NCBI GenBank assembly: GCA_963804525.1
Contig: CAWDQO010000005.1
Span: forward strand, 543,261 to 607,260
DNA from: an uncultured Thermoplasmata archaeon
Lineage (GTDB): Archaea; Thermoplasmatota; Thermoplasmata; Lutacidiplasmatales; UBA184
Direction of reading: 5' to 3'
DNA: 64,000 nucleotides
Positions 56,444 to 64,000 of this stretch are shown here, one piece after another (within the stretch, counting starts at the first letter, position 1; each line of letters begins with the position of its first letter). The notes under the pieces are model-generated. The model did not search any database. It was not told the origin of the DNA and saw only the letters and a program-made list of their open reading frames with translations. A program made the translations under genes and the position numbers.

Positions 56444-57447
56444 TCAGAACCGGCGCTCGGCCGCGCCCCACGCCATGTGTTCGAGGAGGATCCGGAACGG
56501 GGACGGCGGGAGCGTCTCGAGCGACCGGGTCGCCCGCTCGGCCCACTGTCGGGCCGCGTCGGCGACCCGCCCGGAGGCGCCGCTCGCGTCCACGAGCGCG
56601 CGGAGCCTCAGGAGGTCGCCGGGGGACTTCCGGCGGAGCCCGAACAACCGCTCGAACTCGGCCCGACGGGTCCCGTCGAGCGACTCGTACGTCTCGAGGC
56701 TGACGAGCGTCGGGTTCCCCTCCCGGAAGTCGCCGTAGAGCGGCTTGCCGAGGATGTCGGAGTCGCCGTAGACATCGAGGAGGTCGTCGCGGATCTGGAA
56801 CGCGATCCCGAGCGAGCGGCCGTAGCCGGACGCGGCGTCCTGGACGGGGGTCGGAGCGCCCTGGATCTCGGCCACCGAGCCGAGCGCGGCGGCCACGATC
56901 GCGGCGGTCTTCCGCTCGACGACCCGGAAGTAGTGCTCCCGGCCCGCCGTGAGGTCGAAGCGGCCGCTCTCCTGGAGGACCTCCCCCTCGACGAGGTCGG
57001 CGCACGCCTCGCCGCACCGCATGATGATCGACCGCGGGTACTCCGAGGCGAGCTCGAACGCGCGGACGAACAGGTAGTCGCCGGAGACGATGGCGAGCGG
57101 CAGTCCGAACGCCTGCGGGAGCGAGGGCCGGCCCCGCCGCATCTCGGCGTGGTCGATCACGTCGTCGTGGACGAGCGTGGCGGTATGGATCAGCTGGAAG
57201 GCGGCCGCGAGGGAGTGGATCGGGCCCGTGTCGTTCGCGCCGAGCGCCCGGTGGAGCGCCGCCATCAGGACGGGGCGGACCCGCTTCCCCCGGCGCTGCA
57301 GGCGTACTTCGCCGCGTCGGTGAGCCGGGGGTACGTCGCCCCGAGGACGTCCTGCATCCGCCGGTCGATGTCGGCAAGGTCGCGGACGAGGAGCGGGAGG
57401 AGCTCGGTGAGCCGGGCGGTGAGGTCCTCCCCGATCGTCTGGCTCAC
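56444..57447 (-). CDS. idsA: polyprenyl (geranylgeranyl) diphosphate synthase; frame break in C5 run 57287-57291
   Basis: N-terminus ...DLADIDRRMQDVLGATYPRLTDAAKYACSAGG, shifts to KRVRPVLMAALHRALG... FARM LVHDDVIDHAEMRRGRPS and SARM FQIRDDLLDV; GTG start proposed (rc 57445-57447). Confidence 0.65.
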
Positions 57448-57500
57448 GAGGACGTCGAGCGGAAGGTCGGCCGGCTCGGCGGACGGCGGCGCGGGAGACG

Positions 57501-58610
57501 TCACGAGGCTCCCCCCAACCGGCGCGGACGCTTCATCCGCATCATCGCATCGAGACCGTCCGCCCCGATATAGCGCATGCCGAGGGCCAGGAGCCAATCG
57601 CGTTCCACGAACCGGTCGCCGAATTCCTTCAGCCGGAACCCGCGTCTTAAGGGCTCGTAGAGGTGCCGCTGCCACAACCGGTCGTACTCGGTGAGCGGCG
57701 CCCCCGTCCGAATGTGGTCGGCGGCGGCGGCCCCCGCGTCGCGCCCCGAGACCATCGCGGTCGGGATACCGCCCCCGTTCGTGGCCATGACGAGGTTGGC
57801 GGCGTCGCCCGCGAAGAGCGCCCGCCCGCGGACCGCGGACCGGGGCGGCGGACCGAGCGGGACCCACCAGCGGGTCCGGTCGGTCCCGGCCGGCCATCCC
57901 GCCTCGACGAGGAACCGGTCGAGGAGCCCGGAGAGCGTCGCTCCGGGCGGGAGGTGGTGGACCCCGACCCCGACGTTCGCGTCGTGGGCGCGGGGGATCA
58001 TCCAGGCATAGCCGCCGGGGGCGACCGAACCGAAGTAGAGGTCGATCTCCGGCGGGAACTCCCCGGTCGACGTCGCGGTGATCATCCGATACATCTCGCG
58101 CGGGACCGAGAACCCGACCGAGCGGGCGACGGTCGAAAGGGGGCCGTCGGCGCCGATGACGACCTTCGCCGCGACCTTCCCGCCGCCGACGAACTCGACG
58201 GCGTCGTCGGTCACGCGGGAGACCCCGCAGGGGAACCGGAGCTCGGCACCGGCCCCCTCGGCCCGGGCCGCGAGCGCCTTGTCGAACGCGCGGCGCGAGA
58301 CCGTCGCTCCTCGGAGGGGAAACGCGAACCGGCGGCCGCCCGGCGCGATGCACGCCATCGTCGTCGTCTCGCGGAGGACCGTCTCTGGCGGGACCTCGAA
58401 CGCCTCCCGGATCACGTCGGGGAACGGGAAGATCGTCGCGAGCTCCTCGGGCGACGGGACGTACTCCCCGCACTGGACCGGCTCGCCGAGCTCGGTCCGC
58501 CGGTCGACGAGGAGCGTCCGGGCGCCTCCCGCCGAGGCGAACCGGGCGGCGACGCTGCCGGCCGGACCCGCGCCGACGACGACGACGTCGAACGTCTCCA
58601 CGGACGTCAC
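57501..58610 (-). CDS. geranylgeranyl reductase family flavoprotein (digeranylgeranylglycerophospholipid reductase-like)
   Basis: FAD motif FDVVVVGAGPAGSVAARFASAGG; GTG start overlapping the nuoN TGA. It is the C-terminal half of ORF 57501-60161. Confidence 0.8.
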   Translation of the reverse strand: MTSVETFDVVVVGAGPAGSVAARFASAGGARTLLVDRRTELGEPVQCGEYVPSPEELATIFPFPDVIREAFEVPPETVLRETTTMACIAPGGRRFAFPLRGATVSRRAFDKALAARAEGAGAELRFPCGVSRVTDDAVEFVGGGKVAAKVVIGADGPLSTVARSVGFSVPREMYRMITATSTGEFPPEIDLYFGSVAPGGYAWMIPRAHDANVGVGVHHLPPGATLSGLLDRFLVEAGWPAGTDRTRWWVPLGPPPRSAVRGRALFAGDAANLVMATNGGGIPTAMVSGRDAGAAAADHIRTGAPLTEYDRLWQRHLYEPLRRGFRLKEFGDRFVERDWLLALGMRYIGADGLDAMMRMKRPRRLGGAS

Positions 58611-60161
58611 GCCCCGACTTGCAGGAAGTGCACGGCCGCCGACTGGAATCCGTTCAGGACGAGCCCGGGGTCGATGCCGAACGCCACGATGGCGAGGACG
58701 GCGAGCGCGATCGCGGCCGACCGGCCGAAGCCGATCGGCGCCTCGAGCCGCGTGTTGGCGGGGTCGTCGGGCGGAGGGGGGTCGAGATAGATCGTCTTCA
58801 GGACGCGGGCGTAGTAGAACACCGAGAGCGCGCTGTTGAGGAGCCCGGCGACGGCCAGCCAGACGAACCATCCCTCGGCCTGGACGGCGGCGGAGAACAG
58901 GACGAACTTCGAGACGAACCCGATGGTCAGCGGGATCCCGGCGAGGCTGAGGAGCATCACCGCGAACGCGAACATGAGCCACGGGCGCCGCGTCGCGAGC
59001 CCCCGCCAATCGTCGACCCGCGGGCCGACCCCGAGTCCGAGGACCGCCGCGACGACGAGGAACGCGCCCGCCTTCATGAACACGTGCGCGAACACCTGGA
59101 GGGTCGCACCCGCGAGCGCGGGGGCGGTACCGACGACGACGCCGATCAGCATGTAGCCGGCCTGGCTGATCGAGGAGTACGCGAGGAGCCGCTTGACCTC
59201 CTTCTGCTGGAGGGCGAGGAGGTTCCCCACGGTCATCGTGAGCACCGCGACCACGCCGAGGGCGAGCTCGATGTCCGGCCGGAGGGTGATGGTCGCGCAG
59301 TGGCCGCCCGCGCACCACTGCCCGAGGACCGGGGCGAAGACGACCGGTCCGACGAACACGAGGAAGAACGCGAACACCCCGATCTTCTTCGAGCCGCCGG
59401 CAAGGAACGCCGAGACGTCGTCCGGCGCGCCGTCGTACACATCGACCGCCCACGCGTGGAACGGAACGAGCGTGAGCTTGAACCCGAGGCCGGCGATCAG
59501 GAGCGCGTAGCCGGCGAGGGCGAGCGCCGGGTACCCGACGACCCGGGTCCCGGTCTCCAGGGTCGCGAATCCGGTCCCCCCGGTACGCCCCGAAGAGGAG
59601 CGAGGCGCCGAAGAACGAGAGCGCGGAGGAAAGGGCGCCGACGATGTAGAACTTCATCGCCGCCTCGAGGCTCCGGGCGTCCTTTCGGGTGTAACCGACG
59701 AGGAGGTACGTCGCGATGCCGGTGACCTCGACCGCGAGGAGGAGGAAGATCAGGTCGGCCGCGACGGCGGCGAGGAGCATCCCGACGGTGGCCATCAGGA
59801 GGAGACCGAAGAACACGGCCGCCCCCTTCTCGTCGCTCGGACGGGAGAGCGAGGCGAGGGAGACGAGGAGGGCGCTCGTCAGGAAGATCGCCTGGAAGAT
59901 CAGGCCGAGGCTCGTCACCGAATAGAGCGCGGTCCCGAGGGGCGCGTCGACCGCCGAGGCCGGGATGGTCCGGAGGATCGCGAGCGGCGCGTACCCGAGG
60001 TCGGCCACGACGGCCAGGAGCGCGAGCGACGTCGCCGAGACCGCGATCGCGCCGTACGCCTCGAGCTGCCGGACGCCGAGGACGTCGAGCAGGAACACGA
60101 GGAGCGCGGCCCCGAGCACGATGACGACGGGGGCGAACGTGGCGAGGAAGGTGGTGTCCAT
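58607..60161 (-). CDS. nuoN: NADH-quinone oxidoreductase subunit N; frame break in C6 run 59575-59580
   Basis: N-terminal MDTTFLATFAPVVIVLGAALLVFLLD...; after the shift ...FKLTLVPFHAWAVDVYDGAPDDVSAFLAGGSKKIGVFAFF... and LLAYSSISQAGYML. Confidence 0.75.
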
Positions 60162-60174
60162 CCGACCGACCCTC

Positions 60175-61653
60175 CTACGGGAGCCCCGGGAAGCCGTAGA
60201 CCGGCGAGTTCACGATCACGTGGACGAGGAAGCCGGGAAGGATCCCGTACACGACGGTGAGCGCCACGAGCATCCCCATCCCGGCCGCCTCGAACCAGGG
60301 GATGTCGTGCGCGTGCTCCGGGATCGACCGCTTCGGGCCGAAGAGGACCCGCTGCATCATCCACAGGTAGAACGCGGCGGTCACGACGAGCAGGATCAAT
60401 GGGACGAGCACCCAGTACCCGATCCGGTCCCACGTCGCGAGGAGCGCCGTGAACTCCGCGGGGAAGCTGATCAGCGCCGGGAGCCCGAGGGAGGCGAGCG
60501 ACCCGACCATCAGCATCGTCGCGAGGACGGGCGTCACCGGGGTGATCCCGCCGAGCTTCGAGATGTCGCGCGTCCCGAACGTGTGGTGGACGCTTCCGGA
60601 CGCCATGAACAGGAGGGCGCTCACGACCCCGTGGGCGAACATCAGCAGCACGGCCGCGAGGAGCCCGAGCTGGGAGTAGACGGCGATCGCGAGGAGCACG
60701 ATCCCCATGTGGTTGATCGACGAGTACGCGACGAGCCGCTTCAGGTCCCGTTGCGCGAGGGCCACGACCGACCCCCAGATGATCATGGAGAACGCGAGGA
60801 CGTAGAGGAGCCAGGTCAGGTGGCTCATCCCGACCGGGAGGATCTCGACCGCCCACCGGATGAGCCCGTACCCCCCGAGCTTCAGGAGGAGTCCGGCAAG
60901 GAGGACCGAGGCCCCGGTGGGCGCCTCGACGTGGGCGTCCGGCAGCCACGTGTGGAACGGCACGATCGGGAACTTCACCCCGAACCCGAAGAGGAGCGCG
61001 AGGAACAGGAACACCTGGACCGTCGCCGAGAGCCCGTGCGCGGCGACGTAGATCGAGGAGAAGTCGAACGAGGTCGCGCCCGAGTAGAACACGAGCGCGA
61101 GCAGGCCGACGAGCATCACGATCGAGGCGACGTGGGTATAGACGAAGAACTTCAGCGCGGCGTACCGACGCCGGGGCCCGCCCCAGAACCCGATGAGGAA
61201 GAACATCGGGATCAGGACCGCTTCCCAGAACAGGAAGAACAGCAGGACGTCGAGGGCGATGAACACCCCGAAGCAGCCGAGGCAGGTCAGGAGCATGAGG
61301 CCGAAGTACGCGGCCGGCTGGTTCGTCTCCCCCCACGAGTAGACGACCGTCGCGACCTGGAGGAACGCGGTCAGGAGGATCATGACGAGCGAGATCCCGT
61401 CGACGCCGACCGTGTAGTTGATCGTCAGCCAGGACAGGTGGATCCACGGGTACGACTCGACGTCGGCGTAGCCGGGGCTGCCGCCGCTCGGCCCCGGCCA
61501 GGCGGTGTACGAGCCGAGGAGCGCCGCGACCTCGAGGAGGAAGAGGACCGACGTCCCGAGCGCGACCCAGCGGGCCCGCTCCTTCGCGAGGAACGTCAGG
61601 ACCGTTCCGCCCACGAGGGTCAGGAGCATCAGCGAGAGGACGGGGAGCGTCAC
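60175..61653 (-). CDS. nuoM: NADH-quinone oxidoreductase subunit M
   Basis: 492 aa, 14 TM; WLPDAHVEAPTGASVLLAGLLLKLGGYG, LVAYSSINHMG. Confidence 0.9.
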   Translation of the reverse strand: MTLPVLSLMLLTLVGGTVLTFLAKERARWVALGTSVLFLLEVAALLGSYTAWPGPSGGSPGYADVESYPWIHLSWLTINYTVGVDGISLVMILLTAFLQVATVVYSWGETNQPAAYFGLMLLTCLGCFGVFIALDVLLFFLFWEAVLIPMFFLIGFWGGPRRRYAALKFFVYTHVASIVMLVGLLALVFYSGATSFDFSSIYVAAHGLSATVQVFLFLALLFGFGVKFPIVPFHTWLPDAHVEAPTGASVLLAGLLLKLGGYGLIRWAVEILPVGMSHLTWLLYVLAFSMIIWGSVVALAQRDLKRLVAYSSINHMGIVLLAIAVYSQLGLLAAVLLMFAHGVVSALLFMASGSVHHTFGTRDISKLGGITPVTPVLATMLMVGSLASLGLPALISFPAEFTALLATWDRIGYWVLVPLILLVVTAAFYLWMMQRVLFGPKRSIPEHAHDIPWFEAAGMGMLVALTVVYGILPGFLVHVIVNSPVYGFPGLP

Positions 61654-61654
61654 G

Positions 61655-63592
61655 TCAGGGACCTCCCACCGAGGCGAGCAGGAGCGGGGCGACGAACAGC
61701 AGGAGGACGAGGAGGCCGATCACGCCGAGGACGACGTAGCTCGCGTAGTCGGAGACGAGCCCGCTCTGGCCTCGCCGCATGGAATTCGAGACCGAGGTAC
61801 CGAGCCGCTCGAACCCGTGGATCGTCCCGTCGATGACGTACCGCTCGACGAAGTCGGCAACCCGGCTCCCGCCGTAGACGAGCCGGAGCCCGACCCAGTC
61901 GTAGAAGTCCTTGACGTAGTAGCGGTTCAGGAGGACGGTCCGGATCGACTGGAGCGGGGAGTCGGCCGGGAGGACGAACACGCGCCCGTTCCCCCACAGG
62001 ACCGTGGCGACGCCGATCCCGGCGAGGCCGAGGCCGACCGAGAGCGCGGACAGCACGACCTCGGTGAGGCCGTACGTCGGGGGACCCCGGCGCCGAGCGA
62101 GAAGAGCGAGGCGAACGACGGGACGAACGCGAACAGCCCCGCGACGACCGCGAGCCCCGAGAGGACGTAGAGCGGGACCTGCATCGTCCACGGCCCCTCG
62201 TGGGCGTGGGGGAGCGCCGGGTCCCGCGTCTGGGTTCCGCCGAACGCGAGGTACCAGGCCCGGAAGATGTAGTACGCCGTCAGGAACACCGTCGCGTACG
62301 CGAGGACGAGGAACGGCCAGTACGCGGGATTGGACTGGGCCGCCGAATAGACGGACGCGAGGATGTCGTCCTTCGACCAGAACCCGGCGAACGGGAAGAT
62401 CCCGGAGAGCGAGAGCGCGCCGACCAGGAACGCCGCCGACGTGACCTGCATCGACTTGCGGAGCCCGCCCATCTTGAACAGGTCCTGGGTTCCGACGGCG
62501 TGGATGACCGAGCCCGCGGCGAGGAACAGGAGCGCCTTGAAGAACGCGTGCGTGAACAGATGGAACATCCCGGCCATCGCGAACCCCGCGCCGACGCCGA
62601 GGACCATGTAGCCGAGCTGGCTGATCGTCGAGTACGCGATCACCCGCTTGATGTCCGGGTGCACGACGGCCATCGTCGCGGCGAAGAACGTCGTGAAGCC
62701 GCCGACCGCGACGATCGCGAGCCGGTCGGCGGGCGTGAACCCGAGGAACAGCGAGGCGACGACGAGGAGGTAGACCCCGGCCGCGACCATCGTCGCGGCG
62801 TGGATGAGCGCGCTGACGGTCGTCGGGCCCTCCATCGCGTCGGGGAGCCAGGCGTGGAGCGGGAACTGGGCGGACTTCCCGGCCGCCCCGGCGAGCATCG
62901 AGGAGGCCGGCGACGGTGAGGAGCGGGGTGTTCGCTCCCATCGCGCTCGCGAGGAACGGGCTCGACCCGCGGACGAAGAGGAACCCGCTCGCGGCCCAAC
63001 CGGCGCCGCCGCCGCTCGTCGCGTAGACGCTGAAATAAATGAAGATCCCAAGGAGGAACAGCACGTCGCCGACCCGCGTGACGAGGAACGCCTCCTTCGC
63101 CGCGGAGGCGGCGCTCGGCTTCTCGTAGTAGAATCCGATCAGGAAGTACGAGCAGACGCCGACGAGCTCCCAGAACAGGAAGAACTCAAGCAGGTTGTCG
63201 GCGAGGACCAGCCCTGTCATCGCCGCGAGGAAGAGCGAGAGCTCGGCGTAGTACCGGGGGAGCCCCCGGTCCTCGTGCATGTAGCCGATCGAGTAGAGGA
63301 GGACGAGGAACCCGACGACGGTCACCACGAGGAGCATCAGCGCCGAGATCGGGTCGACGAGGACCCCGATGACGAGGGAGAACCCGTTCGGGAACGTCCC
63401 CGGAGCGCCGGGGAGCGAGAGCCACGTGAAGTTCGCGTCGGAGTAGTGGCCGGGGTTGAGCATCTCGGCCGCGGCGACGAGGACGCCCACGACCATCGCG
63501 GCCCCGCCGAAGGCGACGGCGACCCAGCCGCCGTACTCGAGCTTCTTCAGCTTCGTGCCGAGGAGCCCGACGAGGACGAACGACACCGCCAT
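61655..63592 (-). CDS. nuoL: NADH-quinone oxidoreductase subunit L; 2 frame breaks (~62896-62911 and G5/C4 run 62078-62087)
   Basis: N-terminal and C-terminal thirds lie in ORF 61655-63592, the middle third (AGKSAQFPLHAWLPDAMEGPTTVSALIHAATMVAAGVYLL...) in ORF 61927-63051. Confidence 0.8.
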   Translation of the reverse strand: MAVSFVLVGLLGTKLKKLEYGGWVAVAFGGAAMVVGVLVAAAEMLNPGHYSDANFTWLSLPGAPGTFPNGFSLVIGVLVDPISALMLLVVTVVGFLVLLYSIGYMHEDRGLPRYYAELSLFLAAMTGLVLADNLLEFFLFWELVGVCSYFLIGFYYEKPSAASAAKEAFLVTRVGDVLFLLGIFIYFSVYATSGGGAGWAASGFLFVRGSSPFLASAMGANTPLLTVAGLLDARRGGREVRPVPAPRLAPRRDGGPDDRQRAHPRRDDGRGRGLPPRRRLAVPRVHARRPARDRRGRRLHDVLRRDDGRRAPGHQAGDRVLDDQPARLHGPRRRRGVRDGRDVPSVHARVLQGAPVPRRGLGHPRRRNPGPVQDGRAPQVDAGHVGGVPGRRALALRDLPVRRVLVEGRHPRVRLFGGPVQSRVLAVPRPRVRDGVPDGVLHLPGLVPRVRRNPDAGPGAPPRPRGAVDDAGPALRPLGARGRRGAVRVRPVVRLALLARRRGPPTYGLTEVVLSALSVGLGLAGIGVATVLWGNGRVFVLPADSPLQSIRTVLLNRYYVKDFYDWVGLRLVYGGSRVADFVERYVIDGTIHGFERLGTSVSNSMRRGQSGLVSDYASYVVLGVIGLLVLLLFVAPLLLASVGGP

Positions 63593-63657
63593 CAGGGTCG
63601 GGACGAGCCAGGCGACCGAGAAGGCGAAATCCAGCGTTCCGATCGGTCCTTCCCCCT

Positions 63658-63975
63658 TCAGTGCTTCAGCGACGTCGCCTCGGCGACGTTGATCGACCCG
63701 CGGAGCCGGTTCAGGGCGAGCACGATGGCGAGGCCGACCGCGACCTCGGTCGCGGCGAGGCCGACGAGGACGACGGCGATCGCCTGGCCCGAGAGACCGC
63801 CGGGGGTGCCGGAAAACGCGGCGAAATAGACGAAGTTCAGGATCGCCGCGTTCATCGCGATCTCGACGGCGATCAGGAGGAGGATGAAGTTGCGCCGCGT
63901 CAGGATCCCGAACAGGCCGACCGCGAGGAGGGTCCCGGAGAGGAAGAGGAGGCTGGCCACGGACAGCTCGGTCAT
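63658..63975 (-). CDS. nuoK: NADH-quinone oxidoreductase subunit K
   Basis: 105 aa, 3 TM; MTELSVASLLFLSGTLLAVGLFGIL...; GGGAGG Shine-Dalgarno. Confidence 0.9.
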   Translation of the reverse strand: MTELSVASLLFLSGTLLAVGLFGILTRRNFILLLIAVEIAMNAAILNFVYFAAFSGTPGGLSGQAIAVVLVGLAATEVAVGLAIVLALNRLRGSINVAEATSLKH

Positions 63976-64000
63976 TCGCGGCCCTCCCGGACGAGGTAGA
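63972..64000 (-). CDS. 3' end of an upstream gene (probably nuoJ) entering from the window end
   Basis: ...YLVREGRE* with TGA overlapping the nuoK ATG; too short to classify. Confidence 0.3.

Noticed and set aside
1-64000. Calling the 12 interrupted genes pseudogenes, or the region a decaying accessory island.
   Set aside because: The interrupted genes include essential ones (nuoL, nuoN, coaBC, idsA, leuA). Both sides of every break are well conserved and most breaks sit in homopolymers. No integrase, transposase, repeats-flanked boundaries or foreign-composition segments were found, so there is no evidence of a mobile element.

Overview
This is a 64-kb contig of about 70% GC from an archaeon; the lineage cannot be placed by eye. 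Archaeal markers present: tiaS, an AglB oligosaccharyltransferase with the WWDYG motif, aEF-1beta preceded by its usual Zn-ribbon partner, rpl41e, topoisomerase VI A and B, a two-subunit 2-oxoacid:ferredoxin oxidoreductase, geranylgeranyl reductase and GGPP synthase. Operon-head genes have TATA-like boxes 23-31 nt upstream of leaderless starts. Internal operon genes use GGAGG Shine-Dalgarno sites or ATGA stop/start overlaps. About 55 protein genes are called, plus one intron-containing tRNA-His candidate. No rRNA, CRISPR array, integrase or transposase was seen.

Gene content in order:
- htpX, tiaS, a korAB-like 2-oxoacid:ferredoxin oxidoreductase with a downstream secreted protein.
- a tightly coupled leuA-leuC-leuD-leuB-thiolase-DUF35 operon.
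- a 2,209-aa AglB with a ~1,500-aa C-terminal beta-sandwich repeat extension, translationally coupled to a sequon-dense small glycoprotein.
- DUF457 hydrolase, GNAT acetyltransferases, a 1,500-aa N-glycosylated surface protein, an orphan coiled-coil protein and an alpha/beta hydrolase.
- three tandem AIM24/TIGR00266-like paralogs with an embedded Zn-ribbon gene.
- two paralogous Kelch-repeat surface proteins. The first ends in a TM helix plus a cytoplasmic winged-helix domain and is followed by three TGCCGTAC direct repeats.
- a thermopsin-like anchored protease, an S9 peptidase, two methyltransferases, a HAD hydrolase, coaBC, sucCD with a small Cys-rich protein, top6AB, a nitrilase-family hydrolase, and a nuoJKLMN-GGR-idsA operon.

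Key technical caveat: at least 19 single-nucleotide indels interrupt 12 genes, most of them inside G/C homopolymers. This looks like uncorrected long-read assembly error rather than pseudogenisation. The long antisense ORFs in the supplied track are GC-driven artefacts with Arg/Pro/Gly-rich translations.
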